Of a DNA stretch of 64,000 bases, positions 48,278 to 62,701 are shown in pieces (within the stretch, counting starts at the first letter, position 1; every line of letters starts with the position of its first letter). The notes below the pieces were generated by a model that made no database searches, was not told where the DNA came from, and worked only from the letters and a program-made list of their open reading frames with translations. The DNA is from Chrysomallon squamiferum (lineage: Eukaryota; Animalia; Mollusca): positions 14,942,001 through 15,006,000 of the forward strand of contig CM022677.1 of NCBI GenBank assembly GCA_012295275.1, given 5' to 3'. A program made the position numbers and the translations under genes.

Positions 48278-48908
48278 TGGAAACAATTTGCAACCTGAAA
48301 ACAAAACGAAAACTATATAAAATTATTTCAAGACATTTTCAAACTGTACTGGCATCATGCATATGGATGGAGACACTTCATCATTTTTCACGTAAAGATA
48401 CCTGAAACTCGCCAACTAAAAACAATTATATAAAGTATTTTGAAAAGATGTAGGAAAACATGTTTTTAAAACAGCTGCTAGTTTCCGCTTATTAAAATAA
48501 TAATAATAAATAATTAATTAATCTAGTGACTGGAGAGGTCAAAGTATGATCTGGAAACTACTGTTCTCTGTATACCTGTGTGTGTGTAAGTACGTACACG
48601 TATGTTTGTGTGTGCGTCTGTGTATGTGCATCTGCATATATGTGGGTATATCTGAACATGTGTATGCTAACATGTATGCTTTGTTACATTTATATGGAAG
48701 TGTTATTTATTTTCCCAGGAGGGGTGAAGGAAAAAGGAGGAATAACACAAGCAGCTCTGTCATTATCAGTCATCAAACAGTAAGAAATTAGCAGCATTCC
48801 CATAATTCATAGCTACTTCCGTACATTGCTGGTTACCTGCTGGTTGTGCTGGTGACGCTTCAGTTCAACAGGATCTGCGACTTGCGTGTATTTGGCTTTG
48901 TTCTGCAT
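46214..48908 (-). CDS. Candidate exons of an unrelated gene
   Basis: 48908-48837 ATG exon MQNKAKYTQVADPVELKRHQHNQQ|GTAACC. 46246-46214 is a 33-nt micro-exon, TTTAG|...|GTAAGT. No recognisable domain. Confidence 0.25.
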
Positions 48909-49869
48909 GAAGAATTCGCGCAAATGAACCACAAAATGTGTGGAACTGAGACCGTATTGTGAAAAAAAAAAATATATATATATATATATTTTGATGATTT
49001 GAACTAAAATCCAAAATACATTTAGCGAGCACGTCGATATTGCCTAATTCTGTTTTGTAAATATCAAAGTAATTGTTTTAATTGTGGGGCCCAACCTTTG
49101 TTAATAATCAAATAAAAATCAATATTTACAAACGTCCACGGCACAAAAGGAGGCTTGCATTTCACCCCATTACTACCACTACTACTACTACAACTACTAC
49201 TACTACTACTACTACAACTACTAACAGTAATATTATTATTACTACTACTACTATCACTACTCTGATTATTGTAATTATTACTGATATCACCTCTTAAGAA
49301 TTAAGAAAATTCCTTACAATTTGAAATAGAGCAAATTTTCCCATACATTAACGTTAATAATAAAAAAAAGCAATTAACTGAAACTTCAGACTGTTTTTAC
49401 TGATGGACCCAATCTGTCAAGTCTCAGAAGCAATGATCCTCATATCGTGAGAAATCTAAAACAATTGTCTCACAAAAACAATAAAATAAAAATATTACAC
49501 TATTCTAAGTTTCACAGTTGTGTTTCTCTCGTTTAGAGAGCTCGCCACTCTCCAGGTCTGTCTTCATTGAATGGAGGTTGTTAGTACAGCTTGAAATGAT
49601 TGGACCTGAATTTATTTTCTGAAAACAACAACAACAAACAAACAAACAAACAAAGTTGTTGTAGTCAATCTCGGTTCTTGAAACTCAACTTCTAAAATGT
49701 CAAACATTCCCACCCCCGCACCAGTTTCGCTTACAACAACAGTTGAGAAACTGAAATCACGTAGATTTTTCTCTTTTTCGAGAATCAGAAATAAATAAAT
49801 TTCTCAAAACCTTCACAGATTTTGTACTGAAGTCCTCCAACACACAGTCTGTGACTAACATGTTTTCTA

Positions 49870-49955
49870 GAAGTGACGTGTTTAAATATCTTTGATGACG
49901 TCAACCAAGGTGGATGCACAGTCAGACATTGTAGACGTAACATGACGTCACAAGC
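49870..49955. promoter_or_regulatory. Cluster of CRE/ATF sites
   Basis: TGACGTG 49874-49880, TGACGTCA 49896-49903, GACGTAA ~49934, TGACGTCA 49943-49950, in otherwise CpG-poor DNA. Confidence 0.3.
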
Positions 49956-51444
49956 TCGAGCAGTTGGTCGTGTAGTTGTTTTCATCTTCAGTTCTAAATT
50001 TGTTTTTTCTTTAAAAGAAGATAAATTACCCTTTACACTGACGTATTTTTGAAAGGGATCTGATGCTCGAAAATAGTTAAGAGACTCAACGGAAATTTTT
50101 AATCAAAGTTTGTGTGACAAAACCTTTTATACTGGACAAACAGATTAATCTAAGACATTTAATTTTTGTTTGGTCGAGGTTGTTTATATGAAGAAAACTC
50201 GTACACAAAACCTCGTGAACGTAACAAGTAGTGTATGAACGATGTTCGCGATACACGTTCTGAGAAATATAACAAAATGGCCGCTATCCTAGTGTACCTT
50301 CAACGGAGATTAAACCCGTTCATTTTCACTCTACAAATTAACATTCGTGCAACAAACACAAACATAAGACTTCAGATTTTCAATTAATCCATTTTTTTTT
50401 ATTCAAATAGCACTTGAAACAGAAAATAAAACAATCGTTCGAAAGTGGATATATATTAATATACCGGATAATCCATTTGAATAGTAGCGAGGTTTTCTGT
50501 TTCAGAATAAAAAGTTAGATCAATAGCAATAATCTTAGTATAAAACAGACTTCGAGTACTAAACAGAAAATGCAAACTGAATAAGAAAAAATATTAAAAT
50601 AAGATATATATATATATATATATATACCTACATACATACATACATCCATACATGCATAAATATATAGATAGTCTTAAGGTATAATAATATTTATAATAAG
50701 TTTGTGCATAAAGTAAAGTTTGTGGTGGCTACATCTAGCGGAAAACTGTAACATAAAACAATCTCGAATTTCGGATAAAGTACCCTTAATCTGTTATAAT
50801 AATAATAAAAATAATAATAATAATAATAAAATAAAATAAAATAAGTAAAAACAAAGAAAGAAAAAGAAAAGAATAATAATAATAAATAATAATAATAACA
50901 AAGAAGAAAAGAACGAAAGGAAAACGAAAAAAAAAGAAGAAAAAGAGTTGATATGAGACACGGCTAGCGAGGATTCCTTCAAGAGAAAAAATTGTGCATC
51001 AGTTGTTAGTAATACTTAAAATATTAGTGTAAGAACAGATTTCACATGTCACAGAAATAAGGTAAAAAAATAAATCACATTCACGAAATGTTCATTTAGA
51101 TATTGACATAAACTCAAATACAAAATACAAAGGTAAAAATAATAATGCAAATAATGCAAACAATAAAATACGGTATTAACCTATTAACATAGTGTTTACA
51201 AAAACAACAACAGCATCAAAATAAATCAGTCAATAATTAAAATCTCAAAACATAACATTAAATATTAAAAATAAAAATGATATGAGACACTGTTAATACA
51301 TAAATAATAATAATAATAGTAATCATCATCATCATCATCATCAAAAGTGGTATGAGACACTCTTAAGATGGATTTAAAAAACACTTTATAGCAGACGACA
51401 AATTTTGTATCAAAATATCGATCGAGTTACTACTGACATTCTTT

Positions 51445-52410
51445 TCAATCAGAATTTTCCAGAACAAAATAAAAATGTTCACGGCCTTCAGAAACGTTGT
51501 CATTGTTGTCGGAATCGTCGTGGACGTTATCAGAGATTTCTGATTTCCTAGTAGGAATTTGATTGTTAGACGAGGCAGTATGTCTACACAGACTGGGGTG
51601 TGGTAAATCGGAAGTAACGGTATCAGCGATGTCGTAGAGGTCGTAGAGGTCGCTGTCAGGTTGGTTAAGATGGTTATACAGGTCTGATGTTGTTGTTGCT
51701 GTTGGAGGTTTTCTGTCCATGGTGTGGTATTCTTCACAATCAACGAGGTGGTTGTAGACGTCAGATACAGTTGAAGTTTTTTTTTCTTATCAAAGGTATC
51801 GTAGTCGCCGTCGTTGAGCCCAGCAATGTGGTTGTAGATGTCAGATCTACGAGTTGTTGTATTTGTTGTGTCTGTGTTAATCTCCGTCATGGCTACCTGA
51901 AAGGTATTTGTCCACTTCAGATGTTGTAGTAGTTGCAGTTTTGATATCCGCTGTGTCGTAATCTGCATCGTTGTCGTCAGCTGTAGATCTGTTAATGGGA
52001 AGTGCTTTAACATCTGCGATGTCGTAGTCGTTACCATTTCTGTTTTCCACGTTGATAGTAACTCCACTTGGGACGTTGCAGTAAACACTGTGGTTTCCTT
52101 GATTTTCTGATTCAAATTCAAAATCTGCCGACGTCGATAACGTTGTTATCTCATAAGTCGGATTTGTGTGACCACGTTGTAAATCTTCAGCAGAGCTGAT
52201 TTCATTTTTTGTTTTGTTAAAATTAATTCTTGATTCTGGTAACTTCTGAGTTTTAAAACAAAATCGACGTGTTCTGAAAAATGAAGACATTATTTAAATT
52301 TAAACTGTGAAATACTAAGTTAGTTTTATTATATGAGTTTCTGTCGTGACGACTGATAATTCAAAGGAAAAACTATTTTAAATTTCAAATTAATCTTTAC
52401 CTTTGTTTCA

Positions 52411-52456
<46 letters not shown>

Positions 52457-54413
52457 TCATTCATGTTCTTCTCATTCTTTCATACCTTTTTCTCTTTCTT
52501 TTATTGATGTCATTTTTAAATCTTTCTTGTCTTTCTATCTTTCATTCATATATATATTTTTTTTTTCTTTCGTTTATATCTTTCTGTCTCTTATCTTTCT
52601 TCTGTTTTAGCTTTTGTAACAAACATAAACAAGAACACATAACTTTTCCGTCTGTTTCATTCATTCATTGGTTTACCTTCTCTATTTTTACTTTCATATT
52701 TGTGTTATTTGTTTTCTGTTTTTCTCTTTCATCAATCACATTATTTTATTTGATGATTTGTAACAGCAAATTCTCACCGTCTAGACCAGACTACAACGAC
52801 AACAATGAAGACCAAAACCAGTACAAGAGCAGCGACACCACCACCAACAGATGCTGAAAATAATCATATAATAACATTGAATTTAACCTAAGAACAATTA
52901 ATTATGTAAATGTTTGTATGTATGTACATGTGTGTGTATGTATGTATGTATCTATATATTTTATTTTTTATTTTTTTTTTCACTTATTATTGAAACCATT
53001 TTAGTAATTTTAACACATAAAATAAATGAATAAGTTAAGAAAAAAGGGGAAAAAAAGAATAATTAAAAGGAAACTAAGAAGGAAAATATATTTAATTAAT
53101 TTTAATAAGATTAGGAGAATAAATGTAGTAAATTAACACAAAGCTAGCAACGCAGAGTTAGTAAATTAAAATAATCCTTGTAAATTAAATAAGCCATCTA
53201 GCACACAGAAACTGGGTATAAAAATAAAAATAAATAAACTTAATTAACTTAAACAAATCTAGTAAATGAATACTAGTCATAAAACCAATAAGATAAATTT
53301 AGGGAATACAATTAGTAAATAAATCTAGTAAATTAAAATTAAGAATTAAATTTAGTAAAAGTTGTAAATAAATCTAGTAAATAAAAACTAGAAACTTAAA
53401 TCTAATAAACTGAAACAAGTAAATAAATAAATCATAAAAAAAAAATAATAATAAAATCTAGTCAAATATATCTAGTAAATTAAATTTAGTTAAATAAATC
53501 TGTCAACAAAATAGTAAAATTAAAACTGACCTGACTTGTTTGATGGATTTTGTGTCTCAGTGGATTGGTTTGTTGGAATTATCTCCCCTGATATAGTTAC
53601 ATTATCTGTAAATATAAGTTTGTATGTCTATACTACATACAGTCACATATACAAAATACGTACATTCAAATATACAAAGATTAACCTAGAGATATACATA
53701 TTTGTATATGGGTCTCTTTTTCTATAATTCTTACTAATTAATAAACAAATCAACTTTGTAACAAATTGTTTTACCATGTTGTCTTATACTTACATTTCTG
53801 ACAAATAGCTGGATTTGTTTGGTCTGATTTGTAACTGAAATATAATTTGTTATTTTCAGTAAACCAGACCATCCTTTTAAGATCAACTCCTGAAACTAGT
53901 TTCTGAAACGATACCACACTACCTGCAAGATTTAAAACAAGTATGTTAGAATTTTGTATAATACAGAGGAAGAAGTAACAACAAATACTGAATATCTATT
54001 CTTTGTCGCTTTCAGCAGCAACACGAACATCAATTAAATAAAGATTATCAACAACATGAAACAAATTAATATAACTAACACACAAAGACACAAACACATA
54101 CTTCCAGACAAACACAACACAAGATGTATACACATTTCTGTCTACAATGTACCATCAATCCACAGCAGTTTGACATCTCTGTGGAGTCCAATCCAGTAGT
54201 AAAGATTTGTTTGTAGCAGATTCTGCAGTGATGAGACTGTACTGCTGCTTACTTTAAACATGTCTAAATGTCTGCTTGCATAGTTCCATGACATCCTCCG
54301 CCATGAAACACAAGTTTCAGAATGCAAGTAACAATCTAAAAACAGATAATGAAAATGATTTTGTAATGAAGGAAAATTTCATTTTATTTTATTTCTATAT
54401 TACATTATTCTTC

Positions 54414-54473
<60 letters not shown>

Positions 54474-55082
54474 CATCATCATCATCATCATCATCATCAT
54501 TATCTTATTTATTATTTATTTATTTACTTGAACTTTGTTAAAACTATTACCTGTATGCACTACGTATGCTGTGTAGCTGTCACAGTTTTGAAAACCAATT
54601 GTAAACTTGTCAGAATTGAGCTTGACGTAGCCGCAGCGGTTGATTCCGTCAGCGCTGTCGTCGATTGTAACTGAAGACGGAAGATCTGTAATGAAGTGAT
54701 TTATTTATTATTATAATTATCACTATATCGATGCACATTTTTTCCAGACTTTATACATTCATTCATGTATTGATTTGTTCGTCCTTTCGAGCATTCGTTC
54801 ATTCATTCATTCGTACCTTCATATATTCACACATTCGCTTATTCTATTGATGTTAATAAAATAATATATACAAAAAATATATTTTAAAAATTGTTAAAGT
54901 TATTTGTGTCACCTGTTCTATAAATAGAAACTGTATTTCGTCCTCCGCAGTATTCTTCATATGTCCCTGCACATCGAACTCGTTTTGTAGTTGACTTCAC
55001 AGGACTTGCTGTGTCAGAGATTTTACAGTAACACCGCTTTCCCTACAAAACACAAAGTAAGTAAATAAATATATAAATAAAA

Positions 55083-55122
<40 letters not shown>

Positions 55123-56015
55123 ATAAAAATAAATAATAATAATAAAATAAAAATCCCAGAAGTAAGAAAAAGTTTGTAATTGTTATTGTATTGTGGTAGT
55201 AATAATAAAAATAACAATAATAATAAGAAGAACAAGAACAAAGTGGTTGTAGTAGTAGAAGTGGTAATAGTAGTAGTAGAAAAAGTAGTGGTATTGGTTG
55301 CCGCAGTGACAGTTTAATAGTAGAAGTATACCTGTCTGTGTGTCCCATTTGTCTGTGTGTGATTCAGGTAATATAAAACAAGTATATATTTAACACTTTT
55401 TGTTTTAAATTCAGTGTTTATGAAGAGAAGAATTTACCAACCTGTAAACCAATTTTTCCATTGCTCGGTTTACATTGCTGGAAGCATTTAAAAGCATCAT
55501 TGTCTTGTATTGAGTATTTACTACTCAAACTCCCAACATCGATATCTCCAACGTACTGGAATAATTTTTCATTTGTCTCTGAAAACAAAAACTAGAACAA
55601 TAACAACACAGAATAAACGAAACAGCCTATTTATTTATTGACTTATTGTATTATAATTGTTTTTAGTAGTTTTGTTGTTACTGTTGATGTCGTAGATAAT
55701 GATCAATTTATAAAGTAAAACTTTGATAAAACATTAAACATTTATTTATTTTGTAAACGACTATGAGATTAATACTAAGACAATACTCACCAGTCCACAT
55801 CCACGGTGTAAACGTCTCTAAACCTCCTACCCAATAGTTTGTGTCTTTTTCCATTACAGAAAAAAGTTTGTTTTTGTCTAAACCAGAATGACGAACAACG
55901 AGTCTGCCTCCTGCCTCCTCACAGCCAGAATACGCTGCCTCCCACCAAGTTTGTTTTTTATCCAGTGTAAAATATTCTTCTAACATTTCTTCTTGTTTTC
56001 TGTCAGACCATGGAC
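51445..56015 (-). CDS. Copy D: exons 2-10, no exon 1, tail frameshifted (stop at 51877-51879)
   Basis: Exons 56015-55791, 55578-55442, 55042-54913, 54685-54551, 54335-54153, 53922-53794, 53605-53531, TM 52853-52778 (ASVGGGVAALVLVLVFIVVVVVWSRR), tail from 52273. The frame is open to 51877, and homologous tail sequence continues in other frames to 51445. Confidence 0.8.
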
Positions 56016-58858
56016 CTATGTTAATTTATTAATATTTATCTTAATTATTTATGCTGCATTATCTTGATGAAATTTTGTGTTACGTTTTTATATATACATT
56101 TATGCAAATGTATTTTGTTTCTACTGAATACATTTATACATATTTATACTGTTATGTTTTATAAACTTATAAATAATTACTTAGTTATGTGATGATATAC
56201 AATATTCTAATATGTAATATTTCTTCGTTATTATTATTGTTATGTTACGTTATGTTATTGTATATATATACTATTGCTGTTATTTAAAGTTAGCTACGTC
56301 AAAATATGTGAGCTAATTTTGCACTTATAGTAAACAGTTTATTTTAAAATATGTCATAACGTGCTAGTTTATGCTGTTATGTTAAATCCTATTGCGTACT
56401 GTTGGTACGCTATGCAGTTTTTTAATTTTCATAACACTCATTATTGTTGTTTGTTGTCGTCGTTATTATTGTTGTTGTTGATGTTGTTACTGTTATGATT
56501 GTTGCTGTCGTTCATCTAGTTATTGTTGTTTTTGTTGTTGTTATTAGTATTATTAACTATGATACGAGCATTTCATGTTAAACATCCATTAAACATTCAG
56601 CAGGCTGTAGTTTGAAAAAGGTCTGCTTTTAACATGATCATCATATACAAGAAACATTTGAAGTATGTGTAAGGCTGGAGAAGATAATTTAAAATTTTAA
56701 TTTTATTTAAGTTTTATTTATCGAGATTTCTTGTATATGATGATTATGTTAAAAGCAGACCTTTTTCAAACTAGAGCCCACTGAATGTTTAATCGATGTT
56801 TAACATGAAATGCTCGTATCATTGTTAATAATAATAATGACAACAACAAAAACAACAAAAACAACATCAATGACAGTAACAATAACAACATTAACAACAA
56901 CAATAACGACGACAACAAACAATAATAATGATAGTAATGAAAATTAAAAAGCTGCATAGCGTAACAACAATGCGCAATAGGATTTAACATAACAACATAA
57001 ACTAGCACGTTATGACATATTTTAAAATAAACTGTTTATTATAAATGCGAAATTAGCTCACACATTTTGACGTAGTTAAGTATAAATAACAGCAATGTTA
57101 TATAAACAATAACATAACATAAGGTAACATGACAATACTAATAACAAAGCAATAGCACATATTACAAAATGGTATAACTTGACTAAGCATATCATCACAT
57201 AACTAAGTCATTGTTTACAAGTTTATAAAACATAACAGTATAAATATGTATAAATGTATACAATATAAACAAAATAGATTTGTAAAATGTATATATAATA
57301 ACATAAAATAAAATTTCATCAACATAATACAAAACAAGTAACTAAGATAAATATTAATAAATGAACACAGGTCCGTGGTCTGACAGAAAACAAGAAGAAA
57401 TGTTAGAAGAATATTTTACACTGGATAAAAAACAAACTTGGTGGGAGGCAGCGTATTCTGGCTGTGACGAGGCAGGAGGCAGACTCGTTGTTCATCATTC
57501 TGATTTAGACTATGACAAACTTTTTTCTGTAATGGAAAAAGACACAAACTATTGGGTAGGAGCTTTAGAGACGTTTACACCGTGGATGTGGACTGGTGAG
57601 TTTTTTCTTATTTATAATTTCGATTTTATTTAGAAAAGAAATAAATGTTTAATGTTTTATGTAAGTTTTTCTTTATAAACTGTTCATTATCTAAGACGTC
57701 AGCATTAACAACAAAATCACTAATTTTGTTGTTGTTATTCTTTTCAGAGACAAATGAAAAATTATTCCAGTACGTTGGAGATATCGATGTTGGGAGTTTG
57801 AGTAGTAAATACACAATACAAGACAATGATGCTTTTAAATGCTTCCAGCAATGCAAACCGAGAAATGGAAAAATTGGTTTACAGGTTGGTAAATTCTTCT
57901 CTTCATAAAGACTGAATTTAAAACAAAAAATGTTAAATTATATACTTGTTTTATATTACCTGAATCACACACAGACAAATGGGACACACAGACAGGTGTA
58001 CTTCTACTATTAAACTGTCACTGCGGCAACCACTGCTTCATCTTTTTCTACTACTACTATTGCCACTTCTACCACTACTACAACCACTGTTGTTCTTGTT
58101 CTTCTTATTATTATTGTTATTTTTATTGTTATTGTTGTTGTGTACATAATACAATAACAATTACAAACTGATTTGCGCATACTTCTGGGATTTTTATTTT
58201 ATTATTGTTATTTATTTTTATATTTATTTATTATTATTATATTTATTATTATTATTTATTTATTTTTATTTATTTATTTATTTGTTTACTTTGTGTTTTG
58301 TAGGGAAAGCAGTGTTACTGTAAAATCTCTGACACAGCAAGTACTGTGAAGTCAACTACAAAACGAGTTCGATGTGCAGGGACATATGAAGAATACTGCG
58401 GAGGACGAAATACAATTTCTATTTATAGAATAGGTGACACTAACAACTTTAACATCATTTTCAAAAGATTTATCTTTGATATAGTATTTTATTAACGTCA
58501 CTAGGTATAAGTTTGAGATTTTGAATGAATAAACAAACGAATGCTTGAATGTATGAACAAATTAATGAATGATTGAATGAAGACTCAGGTCAGAATGCAT
58601 CGATGTAGTGATAATTATAATAATAAATAAATCACTTCATTACAGATCTTCCGTCTTCAGTTACAATCGACGACAGCGCTGACGGAATCAACCGCTGCGG
58701 CTACGTCAAGCTCAATTCTGACAATTTTACAATTGGTTTTCAAAACTGTGACAGCTACAAAGCATATACACTTTATACAAGTAATAGTTTTAACAAAGTT
58801 CAAATATCTAATAAATAAAGAAATAAATAATCTGATAATGATGATGCTGCTGTGCTGG

Positions 58859-58899
<41 letters not shown>

Positions 58900-58948
58900 A
58901 TGATTATTATTATTATTATTATTATTATTATTGTTATTATTATTATTA

Positions 58949-59018
<70 letters not shown>

Positions 59019-60240
59019 AGAACGATATAATATCATAAATGAAATAAATTGAAATATTCCTTCATTACAACATTATATTCATTATCTCTTTTTAGATTAC
59101 TGCTGGAATTCTAAAACTTGTGTTTCACAGCGGAGGATGTCATGGAACTATGCAAGCAGACATTTTGACATGTTTAAAGTAAGCAGCAGTACAGTCTCAT
59201 CACTGCAGAATCTGCTACAAACAAATCTTTACTACTGGATTGGACTCCACAGAGATGTCAAACTGCTGTGGATTGATGGTAAATTGTAGTCAGAAATGTG
59301 TATACATCTTGTGTTGTGTTTGTGTGGAAGTATGTGTTTGGGTCTTTGTGTGTTAATTATATTTATTTGTTTCATGTTGTTGATAATCTTTATTTAATTG
59401 ATGTTCGTATTGCTATTGAAAGCGACAACGGATAGACATTCAGTATTTATTGTTAGTTCTTCCTCTGTATAAAACAAAATTCTAACGTACTTTTTTTTAA
59501 ATCTTGCAGGTAGTGTAGTATCGTTTCAGAAACCAGTTTCAGAAGGTGATCTTAAAATGTTGGTCTGGTTTACTGAAAATAACAGATTATATTACAGTTA
59601 CAAATCAGACCAAAAGACCGCAGCTATTTGTCAGAAATGTAAGTATAAAACAACATGGTAAAACAATTTGTTACAAAGTTGATTTGTTTATTAATTAGTA
59701 AGAATTATAGAAAAAGAGACCCATATACAAATATGTATATCTCTAGGTTAGTCTTTGTATATTTGTATGTACATATTTTGTATATGTGACTGTATGTAGT
59801 ATAGACATACAAACCTTTTCGATAAAATAAATAATAATAACGTCTTCTAGAGTCAATATTTTGTATATTTACAGATAATGTAACTATACCAGGGGAGATA
59901 ATTCCAACAAACCAATCCACTGAGACACAAAATCCATCAAACAAGTCAGGTCAGTTTTAATTTTACTATTTTATTAACAGATTTATTTAACTAAATTTAA
60001 TTTACTAGATATATTTGACTAGAATTTATTAATTTTTTTTATGATTTATTTATTTACTTGTTTCAGTTTATTAGATTTAAGTTTCTAGTTATTATTTACT
60101 AGATTTATTTACTAATTGTATTCCCTAAATTTATCTTATTGGTTTTATGACTAGTATTCATTTACTAGATTTGTTTAAGTTAATTGTTTATTTATTTTTT
60201 ATTTTATACCCAAGTAGTTTTCCTTGTGCTAGATGGTTTA
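53200..60240. repeat. Head-to-head inverted duplication (copies D/E) centred at ~56690
   Basis: The left arm ends ..TCATATACAAGAAA (56654) and the right arm starts TTTCTTGTATATGA.. (56727). Exons 2-8 and their introns are mirrored. Confidence 0.9.
57371..59949 (+). CDS. Copy E: exons 2-8 open, no exon 1; TM and tail exons probably in the assembly gap
   Basis: Exons 57371-57595, 57748-57884, 58304-58433, 58646-58780, 59096-59278, 59510-59638, 59875-59949. All are GT-AG and in frame with no stops. Sequence after the gap matches the region 3' of the tail exon in other copies. Confidence 0.8.
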
Positions 60241-60282
60241 CATTTGTCTTACAAGGATTGGTTTTAATTATTTCGAACTCTG

Positions 60283-60482
60283 NNNNNNNNNNNNNNNNNN
60301 NNNNNNNNNNNNNNNNNNNNNNNNNNNNNNNNNNNNNNNNNNNNNNNNNNNNNNNNNNNNNNNNNNNNNNNNNNNNNNNNNNNNNNNNNNNNNNNNNNNN
60401 NNNNNNNNNNNNNNNNNNNNNNNNNNNNNNNNNNNNNNNNNNNNNNNNNNNNNNNNNNNNNNNNNNNNNNNNNNNNNNNNNN
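60283..60482. other. Assembly gap (200 N)
   Basis: Run of N. Confidence 1.
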
Positions 60483-60866
60483 TATTATTATAGTATTATT
60501 AATGTATGATATTATTATTATTATTTCTATTTGTGGTACGTTACTTGTGTGTTGTTATTATTATTACTATTATTATTATTATTATTATTACTATTATTAG
60601 TATTAGTATTGAGTTATTATTACTAAAACCATGTTAACAGTATCTCATGTCACAGTTTATTTTTCTTTGTTTTGATGTTATTTATTTCATTTTGTTGTTG
60701 TTGTTGTTGATATATGTTTTTATTTTTAAAAACAATGTTAGCATTATCTGATACGAGATTTTATTATTATTATTATTAATATTACTATTATCATCATTAT
60801 TATTATTTGTATTATTACTATTACTGTTATTATTTGTAATTATTATTATTATTATTATTATTATTA

Positions 60867-60898
<32 letters not shown>

Positions 60899-62665
60899 TA
60901 TCCTGTATTAAAAGTGCTTCATAAAATTTTTTGTTTGATTTTTTAATTAATTTTTGTTATTTATTTATTTAAATGTTGTTATTTATGTTTGTTGTGTTGT
61001 TGTTTAAAACCCGATGTTAATAGTGTGTCTAACACTGCTTTTATAGTTTGCATTATTTGGCGTATTATTATTTTTGCGTAGTATTTTTATAGTTATACTT
61101 TATCCCAACATGTTATTGAACTTTTTCTTCATTGCGATTTATTTTTGCTTTATTTCTGGGTTATGTGAAATCTGTTCTTACACTAGCATTTTAAGTATTA
61201 ATCTGCATTGATGCAAAGTTTGTCTCTTGAAGGAAATGTTTTCTCAAATCAGCGTTAACAGTGTCTCATACCACCTTTTTTTTTTTTTCTATTGTTATCA
61301 TTTGTTATTTTTTATTATTTATATATGTTTGTTTGTTTTATTATGATTTTTCTTATTGTTATAAAGGATAAAGGAAACTTTATTCCAAATTCGAAAGCCT
61401 CAATTCCAATTGGGATGCGTCACAGTTTCCAACAGATGTAGCAATCACAAACCTTACACAAATTTATTACAAAAACTATATTATATAAAATACCTGAAGA
61501 CAATCTGTGTATCTGTGCATGTGTATGTTTGTCTCTGTGTGTGTCTCTAAGTGTTTGTATATATAGTAAAATAATAAATGAAAAACATTACAGTTGAAAA
61601 GAATATATATCTTTATATTACATTATTTTATATTATATACCTATTCTATATAATCAGCTAAGTATATTTTAATAGTTTATTTTAATAATTATTCATATAC
61701 GTTTTGCATTATCAGTTTCGAACTCAAAAGTCTGTTTTATACTAACATTTTTTCTATTATTAACTTTATTGATATACAGCTAACCTGGTTACTATTCAAA
61801 TGGATAATCCGTATATTTCTTGTTCTATTTGACATTTTAACGATTGATTTACTTTCTGTTTGAATAAAACTTGGATAACTGGAAAATCTGAAGTCTTATC
61901 TTTGTGTTTTATTGCACAAGTGTTACTTTCTAGTGTGAAGAAAAAGTTTAATCTCAGTTGAAGGTACACTAGGATAGCGACCATTTTGTTCTGTTTCTCT
62001 GAACGGGTATCACTAACATCGTTCATACACTACTTGTTACGTTCTCGAGGTTTTGTCTACGAGTTTTCTTCATGTAAACAGCCTCGACAAAACACAAATC
62101 AAATATCTTAGTTTCATTTCTTTGTCCAGTATAAAAGGTTTTGTCACACACACAAATACACGCACACGCACACGGTGTCTTTCTAGAGGTATATTCGTGT
62201 TTATGTGGTTTATATTATTTTACATTTTCAGCATCTGAACATTCTAAAAGTTGATTTTCAAGAACCTAGGTTTACCACAGCTTTGTTTTTGTTTTTCACA
62301 AAAATAAATTCAGGTCCAAACATTTCTAGCTGCATTCACTGAAGTCAGACTTTGAGAGGGACGGAAACTCTCTAAGTGAGGGAAATACAACTGTGAAACT
62401 TAGTGTAATGTAATATATTAATTTTATTTTAACTGTTTTGTGAGACAATTGTTCTTGATATTTCACCATATTGGCATGATTGCTTTTGAGGCTTCACAGA
62501 CTGGGTCCATCAGAAAAAACAAAAAAAAAAAACAGTCTGAAGTTTCAGTTAATTGATTACAACAAAAACAGCAAAAGTTTAACTAACACAGTGACTGTCA
62601 TCTCAAACCATTATTATCAGTCACATATTTCTCACAAGATCAAATATATTTAATTGTAAAATTTA

Positions 62666-62701
<36 letters not shown>

